From an uncultured bacterium (GTDB taxonomy: Bacteria; UBP14; UBA6098; B30-G16), in NCBI GenBank assembly GCA_965552135.1, contig CBEVQY010000007.1:1-64000 (forward strand): a DNA stretch of 64,000 nucleotides. Reading direction: 5' to 3'. Below, piece after piece: positions 1-11,779 of this stretch; position 1 is the stretch's first letter, and each line of letters opens with the position of its first letter. Made by a program: the position numbers and the translations under genes. The notes under the pieces were generated by a model. The model did not search any database. It was not told the origin of the DNA and saw only the letters and a list, made by a program, of their open reading frames with translations.

Positions 1-2658
1 TATTACCCGGTTTACGCCGCCTATCCCGGCTATGCCGCCAACTACGAGATGGCTGTCGTGGCTCAGGACACCACATTCGGTCCGCTTAACATTCCGCTTC
101 GGAAGCCTTTGTTCGACCCGAGCTACGAGGGCGGCGGACTTTACGGAGACATCTCGTACGGAACCGCCGACACGTCGTACATAACGCTTTGCAACCCCTA
201 CGATCATCCCGTCGATGTGACGATAGGTCCGAGCACCTCGTTTGGCGGCGGGCTTTTGAGGTCCCTGCTTTTTGAGGGTCGTCATCCGCTTGAGGGCAAA
301 AGACTCCCCTGCTACAGCAAGGACGATATCTTGAGGCTTTTTGCGAAGGGTCGCGGCAACGATGCTGGTTTCCGCCTCGGTCGCGGGGATGGGCTTATGC
401 GGTTTATGGCGCCCACTGCCACGGGCGATATAGTCGACTCCATCGTCTACCCGACCGAGCTTATGGACATCCCTTGGGGCTTTGGCGCCATAGGCTTCCT
501 TTCGGAGTGGCGTTACTGGACGAGCTCGGTTTTCTCGGGCGGCTGGGACGTTTCGACGCGTAACTTCGAGTTCGACGCGGACGGCAACTTCACCGGCTTC
601 GCCTTCGAGCCATCCTGGACGCCCCCGCCTTCCGAATGGGGCGCCGATATGACGTACGACGGCTCGCTTATGTGGCAGCTCAACGTCGGCGGAACCAACT
701 ACCTCTACGGATGGGATCCCTCCACGGGCGAGCTTGTCGACTCCCTCTACGACCCCGACGCCGTCTGGGATTCCGTCTCTCAGCGCGGCGTTGCCTACGA
801 CCCTGCCGAGGACGTCTTCTACATCGGCGGCTGGAACGACAACGTGATCTACAAGGTCAAGGGTCGCTCGTGGGACAATCCGGGCGAGATCATGCTCGGC
901 TGGGGCTTGCAGGATGTGGCGGGTATCGCCTTCCATCCCGGAAGGAGAACGGTGTGGGCTTTGCTGAACAACCCCACAAACGACGTGGTCGAGTTCGACC
1001 CCAACACGGGCGTGGTGCTTACCGTCCTTTCGTTCGACTGGATGGGTGGCTATGCTCTCGCGGGCGCCGCCATCGACGCCGCAGGGAGGCTCTGGGTCGT
1101 GTCGATGAACCAGGAGAAGGCTTATGCCGTAGACATCCCCGGCGGCAGCATCCCCGCGGGCATTGGGATAGCGCCTTCGGCTGTGACTCTGCCCGCGAAC
1201 GCATGCACCACCATCGCCGTCTACACCTCCGGCAGCACCCCACCGGGCGCGTATGACTTCGAGATCGCCTTCACGTTCGAGGGTGGGTATTCCATCTTCT
1301 ACCCTGTGCACATAACGGTTTCGCCCTCGCTTAGCAGGGGCTGGAACCTCGTCTCCTTCCCGATCGACGCAAGCCCGAACAACGTCTACACCCAGCTTTC
1401 GGACGATATCGTTCCCTTCAGCAACGATCCGCCCAACTCCCAGATCTACGCCTGGGATGCGGAGCACGGGACGTTTGTGACGCCCGATGCGTTCGAGCGC
1501 GGACGCGGATACTTCCTGTGGGCTTGGTACGATAACACGAGGTTCGACGTAACGGGCACGCCCTACTCCGATCCGTTTGTGCTTACCCTGCCCTACTATG
1601 CATCTGCGGCGCTTCCGGGCTGGAACCTCGTCGGCAACCCGGTCAACATGAAGGTCAACTGGGATGCCGTCGTTGCCGACCCGAACTTCGAGGGGCTATA
1701 CCCGACGTACTACACCCTCACCCCCACGGGCTGGGCGAGCTACACGCCGGGCTTCCCCGCCGGCGCCGACAGGTTCATCGACCCGTACGAGGGGTTCTTC
1801 GTCCTCGTGCGCCCAGGGCAGACGGGCGTTCTGCCGTTTTCAGGTACATCGATGGTCCACGAGCTTTTGAGGGGCAAAGCCACAAGTGAGGACGAGCTTC
1901 CGTGCTTCCGCCTGAGGCTTTCGGTCCAAAGCGGCGGCGAGATCGATATGTGGAACTACTTCGCCACCCAGTCTGGCGCCAGCGACGGGTTCGACCTCTG
2001 GGACGCCGTTGAGCCTCCAAACCCGCCTTCGGGTGTGAACCTCGCAAGCTTCGTCTGCGACGGCAGGAACCTCCAGCGCGACGTTAAGGCGCCCATGTCC
2101 GACGGTGATGTAAAGAGCTGGACGCTGCGGATAAGCGGCGCCGACTACGGCAGCGAGGTCGTTGTGAGCTGGCCTGTGACGACGCCCACCGAAGACGGCG
2201 ACGGCTCGCAGGGAATAAACGACATCTACGCGGGGTATTCCTTCGACCTCTACGATCCCACAACGGGCGAGCACGTCGACATGCGCTCCACCGACCACTA
2301 CTCCTTCACCTACACCGGCGCGCGGAGCTTGACCGTTACCGTCTCCGCGACGTATCTCGGCGCCGGGGAAAAGGTCCCTATTGCGTTTAAACTCCTTGCG
2401 AATGTGCCGAATCCGTTCAACTCCGCAACCGAGATAACCTTCACCCTCCCCGAGGCGACGTCGGTTGTGCTGGGCATATACGACCTTTCGGGGCATCTTG
2501 TGAGGACCCTTATAAGCGGCGAGCTTTCGGGAGGGGTTCACAGCGTTGTGTGGGACGGCACCGACGACGCCGGAAGACCTCTGCCCAGTGGGGTTTACGT
2601 CTGCCGCATCGACGCGGGCAAGAGTTCTGCCGCGCGAAAGATGCTGCTTGTGAGGTAG
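1..2658 (+). CDS. Large secreted protein (5'-partial) with beta-propeller region and T9SS type-A/FlgD-Ig C-terminal domain
   Basis: Frame is open from base 1. C-terminus NVPNPFNSATEITFTLP...IYDLSGHLVRTL...WDGTDDAGRPLPSGVYVCRI...RKMLLVR. Repeated GWNLV(S/G) motifs. Confidence 0.8.
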   Translation, partial: YYPVYAAYPGYAANYEMAVVAQDTTFGPLNIPLRKPLFDPSYEGGGLYGDISYGTADTSYITLCNPYDHPVDVTIGPSTSFGGGLLRSLLFEGRHPLEGKRLPCYSKDDILRLFAKGRGNDAGFRLGRGDGLMRFMAPTATGDIVDSIVYPTELMDIPWGFGAIGFLSEWRYWTSSVFSGGWDVSTRNFEFDADGNFTGFAFEPSWTPPPSEWGADMTYDGSLMWQLNVGGTNYLYGWDPSTGELVDSLYDPDAVWDSVSQRGVAYDPAEDVFYIGGWNDNVIYKVKGRSWDNPGEIMLGWGLQDVAGIAFHPGRRTVWALLNNPTNDVVEFDPNTGVVLTVLSFDWMGGYALAGAAIDAAGRLWVVSMNQEKAYAVDIPGGSIPAGIGIAPSAVTLPANACTTIAVYTSGSTPPGAYDFEIAFTFEGGYSIFYPVHITVSPSLSRGWNLVSFPIDASPNNVYTQLSDDIVPFSNDPPNSQIYAWDAEHGTFVTPDAFERGRGYFLWAWYDNTRFDVTGTPYSDPFVLTLPYYASAALPGWNLVGNPVNMKVNWDAVVADPNFEGLYPTYYTLTPTGWASYTPGFPAGADRFIDPYEGFFVLVRPGQTGVLPFSGTSMVHELLRGKATSEDELPCFRLRLSVQSGGEIDMWNYFATQSGASDGFDLWDAVEPPNPPSGVNLASFVCDGRNLQRDVKAPMSDGDVKSWTLRISGADYGSEVVVSWPVTTPTEDGDGSQGINDIYAGYSFDLYDPTTGEHVDMRSTDHYSFTYTGARSLTVTVSATYLGAGEKVPIAFKLLANVPNPFNSATEITFTLPEATSVVLGIYDLSGHLVRTLISGELSGGVHSVVWDGTDDAGRPLPSGVYVCRIDAGKSSAARKMLLVR

Positions 2659-2682
2659 GCGCACTCGGATTTTCCTCCTTTC

Positions 2683-2711
2683 GGGCGGGGCTTGGAGGCT
2701 CCGCCCTTTTT
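2683..2711 (+). terminator. Rho-independent terminator
   Basis: GGGCGGGGC-loop-GCTCCGCCC followed by TTTTT, just after the stop at 2658. Confidence 0.75.
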
Positions 2712-2737
2712 AGTTGTTCTTTCGGGGGCTTGGCGTT

Positions 2738-3268
2738 ATGGCGCCCAAGATTTTGCTCACAGGCGCGCCGGGCGTCGGCAAGACGACGGTCGTGTTAAGG
2801 CTCGTCGAGATGCTTGGCGCAGACGCCGTCGGAGGCTTTTTCACGCGCGAGCTCCGCGACGAAAGCGGCGCGAGGGTTGGGTTCGAGGTTGCGGACTTTC
2901 GCGGAGGTCGCGCCATAATGGCGCGCAAAGGGCTTGCGTCGCCCTATCGCGTTGGCTCCTACGGCGTCGACGTCGATGCCATCGAGCGCATCGCGCTGCC
3001 CGCGGTCGAGAGGGCACTCTCCGAGGGCAAGATCATCGTCGCAGACGAGCTCGGGAAGATGGAGTTCTTCTCCGAGGCGCTTGTGTCGCTAATGTGGCGT
3101 GCGATGGAGTCTTCGCTGCCGCTTGTGGCGACGGTTATGCTCCGCCCACACCCAGTAGCCGACCGCTTTAAACGTGCGCCCGGGGTAGAGGTCGTCGTGG
3201 TGAGCGCGAAAAACCGCGAAGCGCTGCCACCAAAAATCTTCGGCAAACTCAAGAACTTTCGACCCTGA
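2738..3268 (+). CDS. THEP1-family nucleoside triphosphatase (NTPase_1)
   Basis: ILLTGAPGVGKTT Walker A, GGFFTRELR, VGSYGVD, DELGKMEFFS. Confidence 0.9.
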   Translation: MAPKILLTGAPGVGKTTVVLRLVEMLGADAVGGFFTRELRDESGARVGFEVADFRGGRAIMARKGLASPYRVGSYGVDVDAIERIALPAVERALSEGKIIVADELGKMEFFSEALVSLMWRAMESSLPLVATVMLRPHPVADRFKRAPGVEVVVVSAKNREALPPKIFGKLKNFRP

Positions 3269-3283
3269 TGGATGCCGTTTCGC

Positions 3284-3312
3284 TTGCGCCCAAAACCTTT
3301 GGACCCTATCTT
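3284..3312 (+). promoter_or_regulatory. sigma70-like promoter of pheT
   Basis: TTGCGC-N17-TATCTT upstream of a GGAGGT RBS. Confidence 0.45.
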
Positions 3313-3337
3313 CGAATGACCTCCACCGGAGGTGCGG

Positions 3338-5716
3338 ATGAGGGCGAGCGTTGCGCTTCTGCACAAGCTTGTCGACTTCGACTGGACCGTTGATGAGCTC
3401 GTCGACCGCTTCACGACAAGCGGCACCGAGGTCGAGTCGGTGGAGTTTCCGGAGCGCTGGGTGGAGGGGATCGTAGTCTGCGAGGTTTTGTCGGTTGTTC
3501 GCGACAGCCCCCGGTCGGGGCTTTCCACCTGCGTCGTCACCGACGGCGAGCGCAAGTACGAAACGATAACCGGCGCCCCCGACGTTGCAGTCGGGATCAA
3601 GGCGCCCTTCGCAAAACCCGGGGCGACGATATTCGGCGGGAGGAAGGTTGGCGTCCTCGAGATCGACGGCGCGCGCAGCGAGGGGATGCTCTGCTCCGGC
3701 GTCGAGGTCGGTTTGGGCTTGCCGAAGGACCGCCTTCTGCCCATCCCCGGCGATGCACCCCTCGGCGCCGACCTGCGCGAACTTTTGGGCTGGACGGGCG
3801 AGGCGATACTCGAGCTTGAGATCACGCCAAACCGCCCCGACTGCTACGGTCATTGGGGTCTTGCGCGCGAGATAGCGGCGATGTCGGGCGTTGTTTGGGA
3901 GCCCGCTCCCCAGCGACCCGAAAACGTCGTCGACGACGACGGCGGCATAAAGGTCGAGCTTCTGACGCCATCGTGCCCGCGCTATACGGGAAGACTTATC
4001 GAGGGCGTAAGCGTTGGACCCTCTCCGCTTTGGCTTCAGGGCAGGCTCGCTGCGCTCGGCGTAAGACCCATAAACAACATCGTCGACATCACCAACTTCG
4101 TTATGATGCTCACGGGTCAGCCGATCCACGCCTTCGACGGCGATAAGCTTGGGCGGCACATCGTTGTGCGTCAGGCGCGCGAGGGGGAGGTTTTGGTCAC
4201 GCTTGATGGCGTTGAGCGTGAGCTTGGCGGCGACGTTATGGTCATCGCCACGCCCCAGCGAGCCGTTGCGCTTGCGGGGATCATGGGCGGAGCCGATACG
4301 GAGGTCTCGGAGGAGACGCGGAACGTGGTCGTCGAGGTCGCCTATTTCGATCCCGTTGCGGTAAGGCGCGGCAGGAGGCTTTTGGGGCTTTCGACGGAGT
4401 CTTCGGTTCGCTTCGAGCGCGGCACCGACCCGAATGCGCCGCCTGTGGTATCCGACGTCGTCGCCGCTATGGCTCAAGAGCTTGCGGGGGCAAAGCGGGT
4501 TTACCGCACGGTCGACGAGGTCGCCTCCCCCTTCGAGCAGCCAATGTTCACCCTGACCGACGAGCGCGTTGAGAGGCTTTTGGGCAAGCGCATAAGCCGC
4601 GAGGAGGTGCGGCGAACGCTGGTCTGCCTCGGGTTCGAGGTGGTCTCCGAAAACGCCGGCGGAACGACATACAGAGTTCCCTCTTTCCGCCCAGACGTCG
4701 ACCACGTGGTTGACCTCGTCGAGGAGGTTGGGCGGATACACGGGCTCAACCGCATCGAGCCCTCCTTCAGGGCGCAGGGTGAGGTCCCCGCCGAGATGCC
4801 GCAGGAGGTGCGACTCAGGCGCTTCGTCGAAGACTACCTCTGCGGGCTTGGATTCAGGTACGCCCTCACCGACCCCCTCGGCAGGCGCGAGCTCTTCGAG
4901 CGCTTCGCCCAGCCGCACGGCGTAAAGCTCGTCGAGCTTACGAACCCGCTTTCGGATGAGCTTTCGGTGCTTCGACCCAATCCGCTTCCGACGCTTATTG
5001 CAGCTGCAGCCAGGAACCTGAACAGGGGCGCGAGGGTCGTGAGGCTTTTTGAGGTCGACTTCGGCTACGGCAGCACCGATGCTGGCTACGACGAGCGGCT
5101 TTACGTCGCCCTCGCCTGCGGCGGCGCAAGGGGCGAGATCCTCTGGGATGCACGGGATGCCCCGACCGACCTCTTCGACGTAAAGGGCGCCGTCGAGGCG
5201 CTGCTCGAAAGGCTCGGCGCACGGGCTAAATTCCTCCCCACAAAGCTCCCCTACGCCGAACCCAAGACTGCGCTCGAGGTGAAAATTGAGGGCAAGACGG
5301 AGGGGTTCCTGGGCGAGCTTGCCCACTCGCTTTGGGATGCCTATGAGCTTAAAAACCCCGTCTTCTTCGCCCTTCTATCCTTCGAGGCGCTTCTGCCCTA
5401 CTTTACAAGGACGCCGAAGTACGAGCCCTTCTCGCGCTTCCCCGCCGTAAGGAGGGACGTTGCCCTCATAGTCGACGATGGTCTTTTGGTGCAGGAGCTC
5501 CTCGAGGCGGCACGCGAGCTTGCGCCGGATGCGGAGAGGGTCGCCATATTCGACCTCTACCGCGGAAAGCCAATCCCCGAGGGCAAGAAGTCGGTTGGGC
5601 TTGTGTTCGTATTCCGCTCGAAGGAGAGAACCCTCACCGACGAGGAGGTCAACGAGCGCTTCTCCGAGATAGTTGCACGCCTCTGCGAGCGCTTTGGCGC
5701 CGAAGTGAGGCGCTGA
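3338..5716 (+). CDS. pheT: Phenylalanine--tRNA ligase beta subunit
   Basis: SEGMLCS, LEITPNRPDC, PINNIVDITN, RFERG, DLVEEVGRIHG, C-terminal FDX-ACB (RDVAL...FDLYRG...RTLTDEEV). Confidence 0.97.
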   Translation: MRASVALLHKLVDFDWTVDELVDRFTTSGTEVESVEFPERWVEGIVVCEVLSVVRDSPRSGLSTCVVTDGERKYETITGAPDVAVGIKAPFAKPGATIFGGRKVGVLEIDGARSEGMLCSGVEVGLGLPKDRLLPIPGDAPLGADLRELLGWTGEAILELEITPNRPDCYGHWGLAREIAAMSGVVWEPAPQRPENVVDDDGGIKVELLTPSCPRYTGRLIEGVSVGPSPLWLQGRLAALGVRPINNIVDITNFVMMLTGQPIHAFDGDKLGRHIVVRQAREGEVLVTLDGVERELGGDVMVIATPQRAVALAGIMGGADTEVSEETRNVVVEVAYFDPVAVRRGRRLLGLSTESSVRFERGTDPNAPPVVSDVVAAMAQELAGAKRVYRTVDEVASPFEQPMFTLTDERVERLLGKRISREEVRRTLVCLGFEVVSENAGGTTYRVPSFRPDVDHVVDLVEEVGRIHGLNRIEPSFRAQGEVPAEMPQEVRLRRFVEDYLCGLGFRYALTDPLGRRELFERFAQPHGVKLVELTNPLSDELSVLRPNPLPTLIAAAARNLNRGARVVRLFEVDFGYGSTDAGYDERLYVALACGGARGEILWDARDAPTDLFDVKGAVEALLERLGARAKFLPTKLPYAEPKTALEVKIEGKTEGFLGELAHSLWDAYELKNPVFFALLSFEALLPYFTRTPKYEPFSRFPAVRRDVALIVDDGLLVQELLEAARELAPDAERVAIFDLYRGKPIPEGKKSVGLVFVFRSKERTLTDEEVNERFSEIVARLCERFGAEVRR

Positions 5717-5747
5717 CGGCGCCTGCTCGGAAAAATTTTCCCACACC

Positions 5748-5776
5748 TTGACTTTAAACGCCGCCAGCGCTATTGT
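5748..5776 (+). promoter_or_regulatory. sigma70-like promoter
   Basis: TTGACT-N17-TATTGT upstream of GGAGGG and ATG 5795. Confidence 0.6.
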
Positions 5777-5794
5777 TGTATTCGGGAGGGTGCT

Positions 5795-7159
5795 ATGCAG
5801 TTTGGCATAAAGCCCAGGGCGCTTGTGGTCGACGACGAGGAGGCGGTGAGGCTATTTTTGGAGGATTACCTCTCCGCCAACGACTTTAGGGTCGATGCTG
5901 CGGCGTCGGGGGAGGAGGCTTTGGAGCTTTTGAGCCGCTATCACTACGACCTCATCATAAGCGACATAAGGATGCCGGGCGTGGATGGCTTTGGCGTTTT
6001 GAAGGAGGCGAGGGTGCGCATGCCCAAAACGCCCGTGGTTCTTATAACGGCTTACTCCGAGATATCGCAGGCTGTGGAGGCGATAAAGCTTGGCGCTTAC
6101 GACTATCTGCCCAAGCCCTTCACCGCGCACCAGCTCGACCCTATAATCGCCCGGGTCAAAAGGCTTGCCCTCGCGCTTTCGGAGAACAGAAGGCTCAGGT
6201 CGATGTTGGGGGGCGAGTATCCCTTCCTTGGGACTTCTGCGCACGCGAAGCGCATACTCGAGCTTGTGCAGACCTTCGCCAACATAAACGCGCCTGTGCT
6301 TATAACCGGCGAAAGCGGCGTGGGGAAGGAGGTTGTGGCGAGGATGCTGCACTACTACAGCGAGAGAGCCGACAAGCCCTTCTGCGCGGTCAGCTGCCCC
6401 GCCCTCCCCGAAACGCTTTTGGAAAGCGAGCTCTTCGGGCACGAAGCCGGCGCCTTCACCGGAGCAACCAAGAGGAGGGTAGGCAAGTTCGAGGCGGCAA
6501 ACGGAGGGACACTCCTGCTCGATGAGATAACCGAAACGTCGATCCAGTTCCAGACGAAGCTTTTGAGGGTGCTGCAGGAGGGCGAGATACAAAGGCTCGG
6601 ATCGTCCGAGGTCATCCCCGTTGATGTCAGGGTTGTGGCGACGACCAACCAGGACATAGAGAAGCTCGTGGAGGAGGGCAAATTCCGCCAGGACCTCTTC
6701 TTCAGGATAAACGTTTTGCGCATAGATATCCCGCCCCTCCGCGCGAGGAAGGAGGACATCCCTGTGCTCGTCAACTACTACCTCGAGCGCACCTGCGCGA
6801 TGATGGGGAAGAAGAAGCTTGTGATAACCAAGGATGCGATGAAGGCGCTTATGGATTACGACTATCCCGGCAACGTTAGGGAGCTTATAAACATAATCCA
6901 GTCGGCTGCGGCGGTGGCGGATGAGGTGATAGACGTCGAGCATTTGCGCTTTATGCCGAAGGGCGCCCCTCGTCAGGTGCGATTTTCGCCGGGGGTCACC
7001 CTTGAGGACATGGAGCGTGAGCTCATACTCGACGCCCTGCGCTACTACGGCGGCAACAGGACGAAGGCTGCAAACGCGCTCGGCATAACGCCCCGAACCC
7101 TCAGGAACAAGCTCAAGTTCTGGCGGCAGCAGGGAATCGAAATCCCCGACGAGTTTTAG
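5795..7159 (+). CDS. NtrC/AtoC-family sigma54-dependent response regulator (bEBP)
   Basis: REC domain (VVDDE, SDIRMP, YLPKP), GESGVGKE, ESELFGHEAGAFTGA, YDYPGNVREL, Fis-type HTH GNRTKAANALGITPRTL. Confidence 0.95.
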   Translation: MQFGIKPRALVVDDEEAVRLFLEDYLSANDFRVDAAASGEEALELLSRYHYDLIISDIRMPGVDGFGVLKEARVRMPKTPVVLITAYSEISQAVEAIKLGAYDYLPKPFTAHQLDPIIARVKRLALALSENRRLRSMLGGEYPFLGTSAHAKRILELVQTFANINAPVLITGESGVGKEVVARMLHYYSERADKPFCAVSCPALPETLLESELFGHEAGAFTGATKRRVGKFEAANGGTLLLDEITETSIQFQTKLLRVLQEGEIQRLGSSEVIPVDVRVVATTNQDIEKLVEEGKFRQDLFFRINVLRIDIPPLRARKEDIPVLVNYYLERTCAMMGKKKLVITKDAMKALMDYDYPGNVRELINIIQSAAAVADEVIDVEHLRFMPKGAPRQVRFSPGVTLEDMERELILDALRYYGGNRTKAANALGITPRTLRNKLKFWRQQGIEIPDEF

Positions 7160-7170
7160 GAAAAGCCTGA

Positions 7171-8646
7171 ATGCTCGGTTACCGTTGGGCACACGCTTTT
7201 TTGGGGATCTTGGTTTTCATTTGCGCTGCGGGCGCCGTTGAGGGGATTGATCCTCCCAGGAAACCCCTTAAGGTCGACGTTGCCCTCGACGAGGATATCC
7301 CCGCCCTGCCCGGCAGGTTTCTGTGGGTGTTCGAGGGTGCTTACCGTCGCTTTTTGTTTTCGCGGGCGGGTACGACCCTTGCCTGGGCTTTCGGCTCGGG
7401 AGGCGTAAACGGCGTTTCGGGCGCGGTTGGGGCTTCGTCGGAGAGGGCGTCGACGCTTTTGCACGCAGAGGTCGATACAGTGGCGTCGTTCCACTATCGC
7501 GCCGAGGGATGTGGCTTGTGGCATGCGGAGGTCTTTGGCGCGGCGCCCGTCGATCTGCAGGTCGAGGGCGTCTACGACAAGCGCCTGTGGCGATCGCGCT
7601 ACCCCAAAGTCCTCGGCGGGAGGCTGCGCTGCCGCGCAATGTATCCCTGGCGGGGCGGGCTTGTTTCGGCAAGGCTTTCCGCAGGCGGCGCCGTCTACGA
7701 CGCCGACTCGCCCGCAGAGGATAAGCGCAGGGAGCTTTGGGGCAGCGCCGTCGTGCGGGGATTTAGGTTCGTGGAGGGCAGGTTCGGCGCGTTCGGCGAA
7801 GCGGGCTACGTCTTCGTCCGCAGGGGTGAGAAGCTTTTTCCGGAAAGCTTTTGGGGCGGAGTGCTCGGCGGCTTTTACAAGCTTTCGCCCCTTGTGGTTC
7901 GCGCTGGCGCGGAGGCGCTGCGCCGAAAAGACGAAGGAAATCTTTACATACGCCCATCGCTCTCCCTGCGGTGGCTGGGTTATCCCTTCGTCGTCGAGGT
8001 CGAGTACGGCTTGGGTGGGCGCGTCTACCCTGTGGTCGATGTCCTTCCCGACCCCGCCGTCGACCCGGAGGCGCTTGCGACCTCCGTCGTCGAGACCGTT
8101 GGCGTCGCCGCGATGTGGAGGTCGTCCAGGCTGAAGCTTTCGGGCGCAGCCGTCGCGGGGAAGGCTGCGTGGTGCCCGTTCGTCGTAAATGTCGGCGACA
8201 CAGCCATCCGAATCGAAGGCGACGAGGCTGTGGTCATGCGGGGGTGGCTTAGGGCTTATTTTGCGACAAAGCTTGCGGGATCGATGCCTTTCGAAAACGC
8301 GTTTTCCCTTGCCGTCGATGCCTCGCGCACCGAAAACGGACACCCACTGCCTATGGTCTCGAAGTACACCGTCGTCGATTCGGCATCTCTGAAGCTTGCC
8401 GATTGGCTCTCGGTCTGGGGCAAGGCGTTTTACCGAAGCGGTTTTTTCACCGACCTTTCGTGGAGAAGTGGGCTTGACGGCTTCTACTTCTTCTCCGCCG
8501 GCGTTGAGTTCCACACGCGCGGCTTAAGCGTTGGGATCATGTGCCGGAACATAACGGGCAGGTGGATTTTGGATGAGCCCCTTTTCTACCATGGCAAGCG
8601 CGACCTTCGCATCACCGTCGGCATAAGGGAGAGGCTGGGGGGATGA
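7171..8646 (+). CDS. Hypothetical secreted protein, probable outer-membrane beta-barrel
   Basis: Signal-peptide-like N-terminus, alternating aromatic/hydrophobic strands, overlap with rlmH start (ATGA). Confidence 0.55.
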   Translation: MLGYRWAHAFLGILVFICAAGAVEGIDPPRKPLKVDVALDEDIPALPGRFLWVFEGAYRRFLFSRAGTTLAWAFGSGGVNGVSGAVGASSERASTLLHAEVDTVASFHYRAEGCGLWHAEVFGAAPVDLQVEGVYDKRLWRSRYPKVLGGRLRCRAMYPWRGGLVSARLSAGGAVYDADSPAEDKRRELWGSAVVRGFRFVEGRFGAFGEAGYVFVRRGEKLFPESFWGGVLGGFYKLSPLVVRAGAEALRRKDEGNLYIRPSLSLRWLGYPFVVEVEYGLGGRVYPVVDVLPDPAVDPEALATSVVETVGVAAMWRSSRLKLSGAAVAGKAAWCPFVVNVGDTAIRIEGDEAVVMRGWLRAYFATKLAGSMPFENAFSLAVDASRTENGHPLPMVSKYTVVDSASLKLADWLSVWGKAFYRSGFFTDLSWRSGLDGFYFFSAGVEFHTRGLSVGIMCRNITGRWILDEPLFYHGKRDLRITVGIRERLGG

Positions 8647-9086
8647 TCTTTCGGTCTTTTCGGATAGGCGTTTTGTGTTTTGGAGAGCCTGCGCCTTGGT
8701 CGCGCGATGCCGTTTCGCACTGGCTTGAGCGCGCAAGGTCGCTTGCTAACGTTTCGCTTCGGTTCCTCGAGCCGCGGGGAAGGGTCACGAAGGAGGAGCT
8801 TTTAAGGCGCGCGGGGGATTTCCCCATCGCACTGACCCGCCAGGGCGTTCCCCTCGACTCGCAGGGATGGGCTCGGATGCTTCAGCGCTTCATGCTCGAG
8901 GGCGTGGAGCCAGCGTTCGTCGTCGGTCCACCCGACGGGCTGCCCGAGGAGTTCATCGAAGCCTGTAAGAGAAGCATCTCCCTCGGTCCGCTCACGCTGC
9001 AGCACGAGATAGCGCTTCTTGTTCTTTTGGAGCAGATATACCGTGCGCTTTCGATCTGCGCTGGGCTTCCGTATCACCGCGGCTGA
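8643..9086 (+). CDS. rlmH: 23S rRNA (pseudouridine1915-N3)-methyltransferase
   Basis: FVVGPPDGL, ISLGPLTLQHEIALLVLLEQIYRA, C-terminal GLPYHRG. Confidence 0.9.
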   Translation: MIFRSFRIGVLCFGEPAPWSRDAVSHWLERARSLANVSLRFLEPRGRVTKEELLRRAGDFPIALTRQGVPLDSQGWARMLQRFMLEGVEPAFVVGPPDGLPEEFIEACKRSISLGPLTLQHEIALLVLLEQIYRALSICAGLPYHRG

Positions 9087-9090
9087 GCGA

Positions 9091-9119
9091 AAAAGCCCGC
9101 GTGGGAGCGGGCTTTGCCT

Positions 9120-9120
<1 letters not shown>
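9091..9120. terminator. Bidirectional terminator between convergent rlmH and dnaK
   Basis: AAAGCCCGC-GTGGGA-GCGGGCTTT inverted repeat with A/T tails. Confidence 0.75.
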
Positions 9121-11078
<1,958 letters not shown>

Positions 11079-11126
11079 TTAAAAAGAATTTGGAGCAAAC
11101 GGTTTGTCTCAAAAGGGTGGTTGTCC

Positions 11127-11148
11127 GGGGGCTCCGGGCGGAGCCCCC
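11127..11148. other. GC-rich hairpin between hsp20 and dnaK
   Basis: GGGGGCTCC-GGGC-GGAGCCCCC perfect stem with no adjacent U-tract on the - strand. Confidence 0.6.
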
Positions 11149-11157
11149 AAGCGCAGC

Positions 11158-11610
11158 TTATTCGACCTGGACAGGGATCTCCTTCGGCTTCGCCTCCTCC
11201 TTCTTCGGCAGCCTTATCGTGAGGACGCCGTTTTTGTAGGAGGCGGTTATCTTGTTCGGGTCGACGTTTGTGGGGATGTAGAAGCTTCGCTTGAAGCTTC
11301 CGAAGACCCGCTCGACGCGGTGGAAGTTCTCGCGCTTCTCGTCGCGCTCCACCTTCTTCTCGCCGGAGATGGTGAGAACGTTGTCGGAAAGGGTTATCTT
11401 TATGTCGTCCTTCTCCATCCCCGGCACGTCGGCGCGAACGAGGATCTCCTCATCCGTCTCCGAGATGTCGACCCGCGGAATCCAGGCCGAAGGAGCCTCC
11501 TCACTCCGCCAAACGGGAAGCCTCTCCCCGAAGAACTCGTCGAAGAAGCGACTTACCTCCTCCTGCAGGCTCATAAGGTCGTCGAACGGGCGCCACCTCA
11601 CGAGTGCCAT
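11158..11610 (-). CDS. Hsp20/alpha-crystallin small heat-shock protein
   Basis: PRVDISET, ADVPGM, LTISGEKK, ERVFGSFKRSF, ASYKNGVLTIRLPK, IPV tail. Confidence 0.96.
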   Translation of the reverse strand: MALVRWRPFDDLMSLQEEVSRFFDEFFGERLPVWRSEEAPSAWIPRVDISETDEEILVRADVPGMEKDDIKITLSDNVLTISGEKKVERDEKRENFHRVERVFGSFKRSFYIPTNVDPNKITASYKNGVLTIRLPKKEEAKPKEIPVQVE

Positions 11611-11666
11611 AGTATCACCTCCTTTCCTTCAGGTTTTTGCCTGCCTCCTGCGTCCACCAATCCGGG

Positions 11667-11683
11667 TGCAGTTATCGTGCCAA
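11667..11683 (-). promoter_or_regulatory. sigma54 (-24/-12) promoter upstream of hsp20-dnaK
   Basis: - strand reads TTGGCACGATAACTGCA, i.e. GG-N10-GC, matching YTGGCACG-N4-TTGCW with one mismatch. Confidence 0.75.
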
Positions 11684-11737
11684 AACGTGACGCAGCTTTC
11701 GACGCGGCTTTTCCGCGTTCAGCTGCGCGAGTCTGCG

Positions 11738-11771
11738 TGACTCCTCTGTCGCTTTAGTGACGTTTTTGTCA
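11738..11771. promoter_or_regulatory. Tandem palindromic upstream activator-like sites
   Basis: TGAC-N6-GTCG (11738-11751) and TGAC-N6-GTCA (11758-11771), exactly 20 bp apart, about -80 to -115 from the predicted sigma54 start. Confidence 0.55.
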
Positions 11772-11779
11772 GCCCTCCG

